Of a DNA stretch of 64,000 nucleotides, positions 1 through 12,200 are shown in pieces. This DNA is from Klebsormidium nitens (Eukaryota > Plantae > Klebsormidiophyceae): contig DF237334.1 of assembly GCA_000708835.1 (NCBI GenBank), positions 1 through 64,000 of the forward strand, written 5' to 3'. Position numbers and translations under genes: made by a program. Position 1 is the first letter of the stretch, and each line of letters opens with the position of its first letter. The notes beneath the pieces are model-generated. The model was not told the DNA's origin. It searched no databases and saw only the letters and a list, made by a program, of their open reading frames with translations.

Positions 1-1631
1 CCCATGCTCACCAGTAGTAAGAACGTTTCAAACGAGGCCTGCCTGTACCTGCACTACATGAGTGGAGTGATGCTGTCGCCGATCCTCCTGAGAAGCTCCA
101 AAATTGCACGGCTAGTTAGCCAACTCACGGAGAGCCCCCACCCCTGGTTAAGCAAACGGTCCAAGATGCTGTGGGAAACGTGGCAGCGATCGTTGCGAGA
201 CACGTCAAACGAGCTAGATGATCCTGACTAGTTCGAGCTGCTTGTAAATAGAGGGCGGGCAGGAGACTTCAAGTCGTCCAAACTGGTTGTCATGCCGGAA
301 AATCAGTTGGTCCGGACCTACAGTTTGGGGGTTTGAAAGCCTGAAGGATACGTGAACAGCGTCTTTGTACAGCGGTGTCATTCTGGACCAGAAAAGACGG
401 TCGTTGTCTTCCTGTAGGCCCAGCTACAATCAGCGCGGTTTCTGAGTACACTTCTGAGAATTGTCCCGGAGCTTTCACAAATACTCGACAAAGCGGAAGT
501 GAGTGTCGACAGCTTCTAAGCCATGAGTCGACCGAAAGGACTTGACTCGACATCAGGGCAGGAAAGTACACGAAGTAGGCCTCATAGTTGGCGAAGAGTG
601 TACAGATTGACATTGCAATTCGTGCAAAGCGACTAGCTTTGGTTGGAGGGACTTCTATTCGCAAGTCTGATGCTGAGATGAGATGCATCGTGTTATCTCT
701 GTTGCTCGTACGTACGCTGCAAGTGTTTCGATCCAGGTGCATCAACCATGCAAGTCCTAGGAGATGTCTAGTTCGATTGAGTGCATTTGATGCCCAAGTT
801 GGAAGACCTTCCTGTTTAATCAATGACAAGAACTCAATAACCACAGGAATCTGCTGCAGTGACCATGTCAGAATTGCCACTCGCATGGAAACATTGATTG
901 ACAACAAGATTCCGGCTCTGCCATTCATATTGACAACAAGCGCCTCGAAAAACGCATGGCTTGCCTAGCTACTACACGTACATGACCGATCTAGGTAACC
1001 CGGATTCCATGGTACGCTCATGCGCACGTCATTTGAAGTGAATATCATGCATGGCCCATTCACATTCAGCTCTATTGTCTAGGTCATGGATGTACCAACT
1101 TCCAGGGGTTCAAGAATCTCAATCATACAACCAGCAAGCCGCTTTTAGGCCTTCATGTTATTATGCGTGCTGCAAGACATACTGAGACCTCACACGAAAC
1201 AATGGCAAATTTGTTTGTGCAACCAGTTGAGTTCTATCCGAGTCAGATCAAGGCCAGCCTGTACTGCTGTACTGCATTAATGCATGCATTCAATCCGTTC
1301 TCATACCGTACCGGTACCCTGCATCATGGTCCGACTCCGCCCGCACTGTGCCTGCGTAGTGCGCTTACCGGTACACTTTGGGCAGCCTGATCGAGCTTGA
1401 AGAGGGCGTTGGCGGATGCGTCCGCAGTGACGTCAAGAGCGACATACAGCCCGGAGCATCGGGTAGACTGTCGCCAGAAAATGACATCAGCCGGTGACCA
1501 CATGGTATCATCTTAGCGACCAATAACCAGCATTCTCACCTTTATTGTCGCTTCGATTTTGTCGTATCGCCACGCCCTCTTTGAGGCGGACCGGGTGGCA
1601 AACCAGCTCATGAATCTTGCGCAGACTGAGC

Positions 1632-1664
1632 TGAGTCAGCTGTTGACACGTGATTCTTATATAG
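1632..1664 (+). promoter_or_regulatory. Candidate Pol II promoter of the RRM gene (TGAGTCA, G-box CACGTG, TATATA), followed by a putative 5'UTR intron 1724-2458
   Basis: TGAGTCA 1632-1638, CACGTG 1647-1652 and TATATAG 1658-1664 lie within 33 bp. A donor AAG|GTATGG follows at 1724 and an acceptor TTTGCAG at 2458, upstream of ATG 2585. Motif-based only. Confidence 0.35.
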
Positions 1665-2584
1665 CCCGGGCCGGGCTAAAAAGCTGCAGCCAACCACAGC
1701 CCTTCATGCGGCGAAGGGCTAAGGTATGGCACCGGAGCTCCAGAAGGTACGTACCGTACAGCTATGCATACTGCGTTGTCAGATGCGTGGCTGGCATTGC
1801 ATGATTGCTGATCACGTGGATTTTTAGGCCACAAACCAAGGGACCAGATCTTACGGTTGAAAGACCTTCCGACAGACGCTTGGACGGCACACGAATGAGA
1901 AAGAATGAGAGGCATCGGGAAGTACCCACGCCGCCTTGATCCACGTGGTGAAAACGATCGGTGCACGATTCAACAGCAACGCAGCGACGAAGCACTGTAA
2001 CCGTCCAGAGAGATTTTACGCATACGGAACCTTCCAACTTCCCGGGTATTTTGGAATCGCCCACGTTGATAAGTTCTCGAGAACCTTCCGCAAGAAAGCA
2101 ATCAGGAAGCAGCCAATCACAGAGCAGATTTTGATATCGCTGTACCTTTTGCTGATCTGGCCGCGACCGGGCGGGGAAGCAGCTAGAAAAGTACAGCTGG
2201 CGGTCGCCCGGTACAAAAAATTGGCCCAGCTGAATCATTGGATTGGGAGGCACGCTAGCGGAGAAGTAACTTTCGTGGTGGAACAGGATTTGCAACGACA
2301 TGGCGTTTGTGACATGAGAATCGAGATGGTGAACATTTGCAAGAGGGAAGCCCTTCTTGAGTAAACTGTAAAGGCTGGGCGCGACTTCTTGGGAGGAAGA
2401 AATCGGATCCGATTTGCTTTTCCTTTTCATGATAAAAGCGCAGCTCTTGGATTTGCAGGACCCTTTTCGCAAGTAGCCAAGGCAACAATCGGGGAGAGGC
2501 TTCGAGTTGGCATCTAGTAGTAGTAGGCAAACAGCTCATGAACCAATTCGGAAAGTGCTGAAAGAGCATTAGAGCACCGCGTAG

Positions 2585-5500
2585 ATGTATGTGGAGTCAA
2601 TGGAGGGAGGTGCGTCAGACCTGGTGGCAGAGATGGAAAGGGTCTCGGTGTCAGACAGGGACCTGTCAGGCAGCCCGCAGATTGCGTCCACCTCAGCCTC
2701 AGAGTCGAAACAAGATGAGGTAAGCCCTCATCTTGGTCATGCTCACCATGCGCGGATGCGACCCTTCCTTAGTTTCTTATCTTGAGGTGGATTATAGATA
2801 AAAACCTAGTGTCCTTAAAATGCATGAAAGACCTTTTTTTGAACCATCAGAGCTGCAAGGAAGTTTGCATGGCATTCATGATCTGGCCTTGCGTGCCTAG
2901 TTTCCAACAGGGGGACTGGCCATAACCTGTGGAGTTTGTGGGTTGTGAAGCTTTCAATGTGCACCCTCCGGTCCAGTTAAATCTGCAAATGTGCTTGAAC
3001 GGGCTTGGATTCTGGACTGGATTCTTGACTCTGAAAAGGACAGAAAAGAGCATAATTGAATGAGAGTGGCATTATTGTGATTGTGATCATGCGAATTTGC
3101 CTACTCTCCTTCTGTTTCATAATGGTGAACAGAGTATCCAAACGGGCAGGTTCCTCTATAGTTGACAGTATTGATTGGTTTCTTGTAGACAGTGCTACTT
3201 CCTGCTTGATTTACTTTAAGTGGTGTGCTTTGGAATGGTGTACTTTTCAAGACTAGGTTGATGCTGTTACTGTGCCCTAAGAAGATTGATGTAGTGCAGT
3301 ACACAGCATATTTCAGATAGTTGTGGTTGTTTTAACCATATTGATTACTTGCTTCCATCCAGACCTCTTATGTTGAAATTGTTTGTCTTCGCACATTTGT
3401 AGTTTAGCAACACAAAGATGCTGTTTCTTCCCTCTGCAGATCAGAACCATTTTTGTCCTTGGTTTCCCGCGGGATATGAAGGAACGTGAGCTGCATAACC
3501 TTCTCCGCTGGTGGCCAGGGTAAGTTGGTGCTGTCTAGTCTGCTTCCCTTTTCTTTTGTCCACAGCCACACCACCACATCACCCCTGGAGGTCACGCAGT
3601 CAAACCAAGAGGTTCTGACAGATGGTTAATTTTATGTGCGTATATACAACATGTGGTTATTTTAATCTGCTGAAAGTCAGGCGTGTGCTCAACCACAGTC
3701 CTTGTCATCACCGCTTGTATCATTGGGGCTTTGAAGATACTGTGGCGAAGGGAACAATCAGCAAGCTCGCTGTTCACCTAATCATAGTTTACTAGCTGTT
3801 GCAAGATCCTGCTCTGTCATTGTGCAGGTATGTAGCCTGTCAATTGACGCAGGGTTCAGGAGATCAGCAAGCAATGGGCTTTGCGCTGTTTGAGACAGCA
3901 GCAATGGCAACGGCTGCTAAGGATGCTCTGCAGGTGAGCGTTAGTCAGTCGCAAAATTGATCGGCAGTGTCTGGATCAGGAAACCTGCTCTGATGCAGCT
4001 GCGGCTTTATGGATGCTATGAGCTAGCGATCAACTGGATTCAGGTTGTCTGACTCCTGTGAGAGTAGGCAGACCAAACTATATGCTGACAATGGATTGTC
4101 TGCATTCGATTCTCTGTATTGTGCTTCCTTTCTACTCCTTGTGAATCTAGTAATAACTGGTTCTTTGCAACTCTAGCTAGACAAATGCACCACAACCTTT
4201 TCCTAAAAAGCAGCAAGAGAAAACCCAACCGGAAACAGATTACATGGCATCCTGCCCACGGTTTCTAATATGGTAGATGTCTGAAGCTTTTTGCTTTTGT
4301 GCAGAACTTGGTCTTTGATGGGGAGACCAACTCTGTCCTGCGGGCCGAGATGGCAAAGAAGAACCTGTACGTGCGCAAAGGTCGAGAAGGTAAGTGGTGA
4401 CTGACTCTTCTTCTTAGGGTTCTTCAAAAGGTTGTTAACTTTATAATGATGGTTGCTGTGCTAGGCGTCTGCGCTAGCACTCTCTCTAGTCCACCGGATT
4501 GTGCTTCTGCATTCCTGTGATCCTGGGTTTGCACATCTCAACATCTCCTAACATATCTTCTTAACACAATTGGTGTCCACTCGGCATTGCCTGACATTGT
4601 TTGGCGCCATTTACTGATCTGCGTATCCTCACAGGAAGTTGCAGGGCTACAGTGTCGATTGATCAGGCAGCGAGTTTCAGCATAGAGAACAGTTGTTTGA
4701 TCTGAAGCAATGAAGCAATCCTTTACTGAGTGCATTCCCCCCTGCTAGAGGAAGTGATGATCATAGTGATGCCCTCATGGCATGCAGGGGGTAACGATGT
4801 CCAGTCAGATTTACGTCGCATAAGGGGTGGGGGAGAGGCACGAAGGTCAGGTGGCGAGCCTAGAAAACCAAGCACGAGCGGTCAGGACCAAGCTGGCGGA
4901 CAGGGGGGTGTGGGGCCGTACAATTGGCCAAATAATCAGGGGGGGTAAGTCCTGACACTCCGATCTCTGCAGGCTCCCTTCTCACAGGCCCCAAGCTCCT
5001 TTTCAATCAGATTCACATGGACCGCGGTCTTACCGGACACTTCACTGGGCCAGCACGGAGGGACTGCTATCTACTCACGCTTGGAATGGTAAACACAGAG
5101 GCGCTGTGGGCTCACAGCGCCGTACATCCCGTGCTGGGGCTCTTCCACACTCTATGGACTCACAAGTCCGCTGCTGCTGCTCCTTATAGTGGGACTCTCA
5201 GGCCACGGACCCAGCCAAGCTGTGCTACTCCTATGCAACCCTCAAGCGTTTAAGGTTCCGCTCAAGAATCAAGTGTGCCCTGGCTCAAGAATCAAGTCTG
5301 CCTGAAGATTGAGGATGAAGACTTGCTGCTCTTGAAGATGAAGGCAACCAAGTTCAAGCACCGTCTCGCCACAGAGTGAGATTCCTGGAATCTGCTCGGT
5401 TATGGAGTCAAGTAGGCATTGTACCGAAGAAAGAAAACAGTGTCACCACTACCGGCTACTTTGAATCCTTCATCACAAGAGGAGAATTAGGGAGTTGGGA

Positions 5501-7758
5501 GGATACGTTCAAAACTTAAGGAGCTCGGAGGAGGCTTAGAGAGCCTGGCGCGAAGTGAAGACGTCTGTAGAGCGCGAAATGTTTGATGAGGCAGACAGTG
5601 TCCCAGTCCAGGCTCAAGTGTGTCTTTCTCCTTCTCACTGAGGAGGAAGATCAGGGCAGTGCCCCTGATACATAAAAACGGTGTCTGTATCCTGAAACCT
5701 CAGCGTTCGGCAGGAAGGTTGAAAAGTTGTCGCAGGTAGATCAAGCAGTTCCTTGATCAGAGGAATGAGCACGCATGAATGCAAAAGAGCCGGCGGGAGT
5801 TGTTGGTAGTCAAGTGGGACCAAAGCGTTGACTTGTGGACATAGTCTTTATCTCAGACATCTGGTTGCACCTCGTCTCTTGAGATACTGCCTTGAGACAT
5901 CAACGTTGTCTCCTACCAATTGCTTGCTTCGTGTGCTCCACTGGAATTGAGCATACAACCTACGGTTGCTTTCTAGAAGCTGGTCAAACCACGGAATGCG
6001 TTATCATCATTCCTGCCAGGCCGTTAGCTTCTTGAAGAGGTCGTATAGCTGGCCATCACCAATTCCTGATTGTGAAAGAGTTTTGAAGATCACTGCAAGC
6101 TTATCTAACCGCGCCGGAGCCGGTGCGTGTGTGCAGGTACATGCAGCAGCCGTCGTACAATGCGTATGCTAATTACTTCGCTGCAGCAGCGGCCTTGGGA
6201 GCGCAGCAGACGGGCCAGATGCCGCCGGGTGCGCACCCAATGCACATGCACCCCCCCCAGATGGCGCCCATGATGCTGGCCGGGTATGCCCCTGTACAAG
6301 TAAGTGGGGGGAATTCTCAAAGTCACGCGTTCTGTGTCGGTTTCACCCCCGTGCAAGTAAGCCGGGCAGTCCCTGCCTCTTGTCCTCAGTAAAGATAAGC
6401 AGCAGATTCTTCAAGGAGCAAGCTTCGAGGCTTCCGGAGCGCAGGGTGTGCCTTGATAATCTGCAAAGGGGTTTACCCTTGTTACTGGATTTTGAGCACC
6501 CTCCGGCTGCCCATGTTGTTTCCTGTATGTTTTGGTTAGTTACATCAATCTTGAAAAGCATCTCATTTGTATGCAGCCGAAAGAAGATTATTGTTTAAAT
6601 GGTCTTAAAGGACGGTTTGCTGCACAGCCGACAGATATGGTGTTCTACACGAAACCCTCCGTCTTTCTTGCTTGTTTTCTTCACAGTTTGCCCCGACGAG
6701 ATTCATGCTGCGAAGTCGTGGTCCCGCATACGGTTCGATCAGTCTCCACTTCTCAACCAGAACTTCGTCGCAGTCGGTCGTCCCGGCTCGTGCTGACGTC
6801 ATGTCGACGTTATGTGCAGAACACGAAGGACAACCCGCCATGTAACACGCTATTCGTGGGCAACCTAAGCGAGAGTGTCTTGGAAAGCGAGCTGAGGGGG
6901 CTCTTTCACAGGTGAGGAGGGCCAACCGTATGTGTTCTCACATGCGGCGGCGACTGAGGTTTTGGGGGCAGATTGCTTTGTTTTTACGAACGTGCTTGCT
7001 TTGGTAGGAACATTGACATTCTTAATTGTCACTCTCAATGTGTCTCCCAACCGGTTTCGACGACAAGAGCTAAGCCAATTGAACATACCGTGATCCCTCT
7101 TCCGTTGTTGCTTGCTGCCCATTCCGTCGCTGCCTAGTTGGCTGTCTTTTTCGCACTGCCTCAGCGCGTCAATTCTAACCGCTTCCGTGATGCTGAAGTT
7201 CTCGTTTTCCCGTGCAGTCAGCCAGGGTTTCGGCAGATGAAAATCTTGCGGCAGCAGAATGGGACGACATGCTTTGTAGAGTTCATGGTAAGTCCAATTT
7301 CAACCACCGTATCAACGGCCTACCTTGCAGGCCTTTCCTCATCTTGCTGCATTTCAGTCAGCGGATTGTACTTAGATGCATTAAGACGTGAGTACCAGAG
7401 TTACCTTCGTTGTTCGGGTCCAGTCCGCTTTGAGGCCAAACGGTTTTGCACATTGCTTCGTTTCGTTGATTCCTCGATGACGTCCATTGCCAGATTTGGA
7501 GTTCGCTCGTTTTGCCGTTGCTGAGCGGTTCGCGTTCTAACTTGAAGCTTCTTTAACCCACAGGACATCCCCTCCGCAATGAATGTACACCACAACCTGC
7601 AAGGAGCCATCCTGGCGTCGAGCACCGACAAGGGCGGGATGCGCATTCAGTACTCGAAGAACCCGTACGGCCGAAAGAAAGAATCGCCGCCGCCAGCAGC
7701 TCACGACGAAGGGCAGGGTGGAGAACATTACCGCGGTTCGCGGCCTGCAAGCTTCTAA
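2585..7758 (+). CDS. Two-RRM RNA-binding protein (RBPMS/Scw1-like plant family), 9 coding exons
   Basis: Exons 2585-2719, 3440-3519, 3828-3933, 4305-4389, 4788-4944, 6137-6299, 6820-6911, 7218-7287, 7564-7758; all GT-AG with consistent phases. RRM1: IRTIFVLGFPRDMKERELHNLLRWWPG...MGFALF...LRAEMAKKNLYV. RRM2: DNPPCNTLFVGNL...TCFVEF...GMRIQYSKNPYG. ATG 2600 is an alternative start. Confidence 0.93.
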
Positions 7759-9229
7759 CAACTTGCGCCCCTGTAGTGTTAGGTTGTCGAAATGGCAGAC
7801 AGGAAGCAGTTTTTTGACGCAAGGGACCTGTGTCAAATATAGTCGTCAGCATGCGGTCATAAGCACATTCCGCTGAGATGAAGAGCGCGAGTAGGGCGGC
7901 ACTCATTCTAGGCCTGTATAACAGGGATTGTATGTCCTCAGGGTAAGGCGACGATGGGGACCCTGTACAGAGCATCGAGCAAGTCCAAGCACGGGTTCCC
8001 AGTGAGCTACACGTTCAAGTTAGTTTTAGGGCCAAGAATCGAAGGGTAGGTTTGTAGCGTCTTAGAAATGAAGACGGACATTTCGACAGTAAAGAAACCG
8101 GAGATCCCTCCTTGTGCTGAGTTCAATAAGCCCCGTACGATTGCAATTTGCACGTATAACTCCAACTCTTTCTGGTCGATCATCAGACAGGACACGTCTG
8201 TCATGCACTATATTGGCATTTCTTTGAGATTGAGAGGGTATTGAAGTAAGAACATACTTCGGGTATTGCAATCAACTTACCTATACACCGCGTCTTGTGC
8301 AGTATCTACTGTAGCTGTCGCACACTATATCCTACTGTAATCGTCATGTAGGCCCGAACTGCATTTCAATTATTAGGAACTTTGTATAATCAACTTGCTA
8401 TGGACGATCTCAAGGCTTCGATTGATTGTATAAACAGCTGATCTATACAAACTGGTAGCGGATTGTGCACCTTACGTAACCGCCAGCGGCGCCCTTCGAA
8501 CAACAATCTTCGGCATGTGGAGTGTGCTTGCAATTTGTACGCTGAAACATGACACCGTATGTCTCCCTACATGTAACTAGGGGCCGCATACAACACCGAA
8601 TGCATGAGCGCTGCGCCGGTATATGTCTATGCAGGCCGGGCGGCCGCGCAGCCACCTTTACGCCCGGCCGCCCCATATGATGGAAACTTCTGCACTACTA
8701 GTTATCAACGTCCCAACGTCCTAAATAGCCTCAGTCAGCCGTGGAGCACGGGCCGGTCACGGTATAGGACTAGGACGGCCGAGCATGGCCGTAGCGGCAG
8801 GACGGCAGCCGGGAGCGCGGTGTGCCACTGCCGCGACGCGGCCCGGGCCGCGGCGGCTGGGCTAAATTAGTATGCAAGTTGTACAAACTTCAATTAGCGC
8901 TCAGTTAGTTGAAATAGACTGAGGGCGGCCGCGCCGGCGACCGCGGCGGGCCGCAGGCAAGCAGCGCACTGAGTGATTTTCAATGGGCGCGCCGCTGCAA
9001 ACCCGACGGTGCGCGCACTGCGCAGTGTATGCATGGCGACAATACCGTGTACTCGATGGGTAGCATGCCCCTAGCCTGCTGCGCTCAGCTGAAACCTGAA
9101 TGCTCTCTCATTCAAACTTCTCGGGTGGCGGCAGTGTCGCTGGCAGCGCTGGTCTTCCGCGCCCGTTCCATCCCCTGCCCCTCCTCCCCGGTCCCATGAT
9201 AGCAGCGTGAGCGTGCCCCCTGATCCACC

Positions 9230-12200
9230 ATGTATCTGTACTCGCTGACCCTGCAGCGGGCGCAGGGGATCACGACCGCGGTCTACGGTAATTTCAGCGG
9301 GACAAAGGGCGCGCAGGAGATAGTGGTGTCGCGGGGCAAGGTTCTGGAGCTGCTGCGACCAGACGAAAATGGGAAAGTGCAGGTTGTGCACTCGGTGGAG
9401 GTATTCGGGGCGATTTGCTCGCTTGTGCAGTTCCGGCTGACAGGTGAGGGATTTGCTCCTTTCGTTGGTTTATTCAACTGGGATTGATTCTGTACGAGCT
9501 GTTCAAAAACTACAAGTACAATGAGAGGTGGGGTGCTTTCTTGGCGCCATCTAGGACTGGGATGCTTATGTGTCGCCGATCGGTGATTTTGGACATTTTA
9601 TGGTGGACAGGGGGAGGAGCTTGCAGAGCGTTGATTTCATGCTGATGAATTGGTGGAATACTTTTGGGAGTATTATTCTGATGTCTTATTGGCGTATGTA
9701 ACGCACCTGCTGGTGACAATTACATTCAGAAAAAAATGGATATTTTGTTTGTTGATGTTGTGGCAACTTTAGGCAATGCAACAGGAATGCTTGGTCTTTA
9801 TGATGCAGTGCTTCTGGTAATGGTAAACGCTCCCCTTTGATTAGTCAACCTCAGAGCCTGTTGACATTGTTTGCACCATGTGCGAGCAATTGCAAGGGCA
9901 ATGCAGAGCACTCCGCAATTACAGCTCGGAAGCAGAATTGAAAATCCAGGCTACCGTAAAACAGACAGAGAAGTCGATCAAAGAAATGGCAGTGCCATAT
10001 TTTTCGCTGCCCGGTTATGGGGTTGTGTTGCTTCTTTGTTCCGGTTTGTTGCACAGGACGACGAAAGCTTGCAGTGGCATCCTTGGCGGCAATATTTACT
10101 GACTTGATCAGGCTACCATGTCTCTTGTTGCTTTCTGGAAATTGTGACTTTTTTGGATCCTCTGGGTTATTTCTGATTGGGCGCTGAATGGGAAATCGGA
10201 GTTCTGTAGTCCGCTTGTCAAGGCAAGGGGGACACTTGGTAAGATGCCAGTCAAGCATTGAAACTATCAAGTCTGCCCCCAGATTAATCGAGACAACTCT
10301 GCGGTGTCTGCAGATTGTGAATTTCCCCCTTCTTCCTCTTTGTTTTCTCTCTCCACTTTTCAAAAAGCGATGTCACTGTCCGCTTCTAAGTTCTTCTTGG
10401 CTAGTCAATGTGTGTGGAGGGAGATCGCTGCCCGGTGATGTGCCAAGCCCGGTCTGTGGCTGGATCTGCCACTATTTGAGCCGAGTGGAGCCGATGGAGT
10501 GGCATTCAATCCAGCTCTTAAGAGCATGAACTCTGCAGTTGCAGTGACTTAGCAGAACAGCCTGGTTGCTTCCACAGTTTTGATTAGTCAAAAGGACAGT
10601 TTTTATGCTCTGCTGACTTTTTATGCTCTGCTGACCTCAGCCGCGCGTTTCCAGGTGCGCAGAAAGACTATGTCATCGTCGGGTCCGACTCGGGCCGCAT
10701 CGTGATCCTGGAGTACAACAAGGAGAAGAACGCGTTCGACAAGATCCACCAGGAGACGTTTGGCAAGTCCGGATGCCGCAGGATTGTTCCGGGCCAGGTG
10801 AGACCGATGCGTTGCTGATACTTTTTGACCGGGGGATCATCCTGGGCCTGGTTGGGAATTCGATTTTGCGTTTCGGTGATTGTGATCTTGACCAAAGGTA
10901 GTGGCCCCCAAGACAGTTCAGAGGGCTGGCTGCGATTGTAAAAGAAGTCTGATTGGTGGCTTGTGCTCGAGCAAATTAGAAGGTTAGACCTGGATCTTAA
11001 AGCATCCTGTTGTGTCCTGATGCTAGTTCCGGACAGGAAAAACTGCTTCTTGTGTACATAGATCTTGGTTGACACGGGACGAAGTTCGCTTGGGCGAGTG
11101 AGGTGTGCACTTCGATGTTGAAGGGCACGGTTTCATTGACCAGAACTAAGGAGGGAGAAGCTTCTTGTTTATTCTATTCCGTTTATGAGTCTGATTGTCG
11201 TTGTACATTCAAGTCTGGCTTGCTTTCTTGGAGATTGATTCGCTCAGGAGCCATATGCGCATTGGTTTGCAATTCGTCTGACGATCCACACTGAGTTTTC
11301 CACCCCTTGAAGATGTGTATGCCAAGCATATGCCCCGTTTCTCCTTTCGAAAGGCCTGCGTCTCGGAGAGGGTATCCGGTTTGAATACACGGACAGCTGC
11401 CAAGAAGAACGATGGAGGGCTATCTCTGCGGTCTCCTTCCCTGGAGAAGATGGTTGAAGCCCGGGAATCCAGTGCTGGTTGTTGAGGACGGGAGAAGAAC
11501 AGAATGCTACGATTCTTTCTGCCTATCGGGGCCTTCGTTCGTTTCTTCCATCTCTCGCCGCAAACTCCAGGAAGACATTTCGAGCAGCCTTTCATAGCAC
11601 TTTCGGACCTGGATGAGTCCCTGAAAGCAGCTGCGAACTTTTACCCGGATTCCTCGTCCTTTTGCAGTACGTGGCAGTGGACCCCAAGGGCCGTGCAGCC
11701 ATGATCGGCGCCGCCGAGAAGCAGAAACTCGTCTACGTCCTCAACCGTGACAACGCGGCCCGGCTCACCATCTCGTCTCCCCTCGAAGCGCACAAGTCGC
11801 ATACCATCGTCTTCTCTCTCGTCGGTGTGGACTGCGGCTTCGACAACCCCATCTTTGCTGCGATCGAGCTTGACTACGCGGATGCTGACATGGACCCCAC
11901 GGGACAGGTAAGCATTGGGATATTTGTCGTTCTGAACCTGAGACAGGTGTCTGGTGTCGAGGGTTTCTTTTGTAGTGGATTGTTTTGCAAAGACAGTGTT
12001 TCTCTACCGTCTAGCGCTCGTTCGCTTCAGGTCATATCGAAGGATTTGGGGGCAATTTGCATTTCTCGGTTTCATCGCGTTAAGTTTGTGTCTTCAGTGT
12101 TTGACCAGGACAAAAACTCTCGTCCCTTTTCTTTCTGGGTGAGAGCACGCAGTTCGATTTGAAGACTCAAAAGGAGCTGAATTGTCTCCCTTTACCAACT

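Noticed and set aside
290-928. 212-aa minus-strand ORF at the window start
   Set aside because: No recognisable motif, stops immediately downstream in the same frame and no convincing splice structure; could be a relic but cannot be supported
1762-2472. 236-aa minus ORF and its antisense partner 1936-2364
   Set aside because: No domain signature; overlaps the putative 5'UTR intron of the RRM gene; ORFs of this size arise by chance at this GC content
4953-5445. Possible solo LTR in RRM intron 5 (TGACACT...AGTGTCA; internal CTCAAGAATCAAGT x2 at ~5261-5297)
   Set aside because: Only a 7-bp inverted match, no TSD, PBS or second copy; the adjacent G-run that looks like a PPT is the end of a coding exon
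8007-8280. Minus-strand mini-ORF with a GTAAGT donor-like site
   Set aside because: No upstream in-frame exon or start and no known motif
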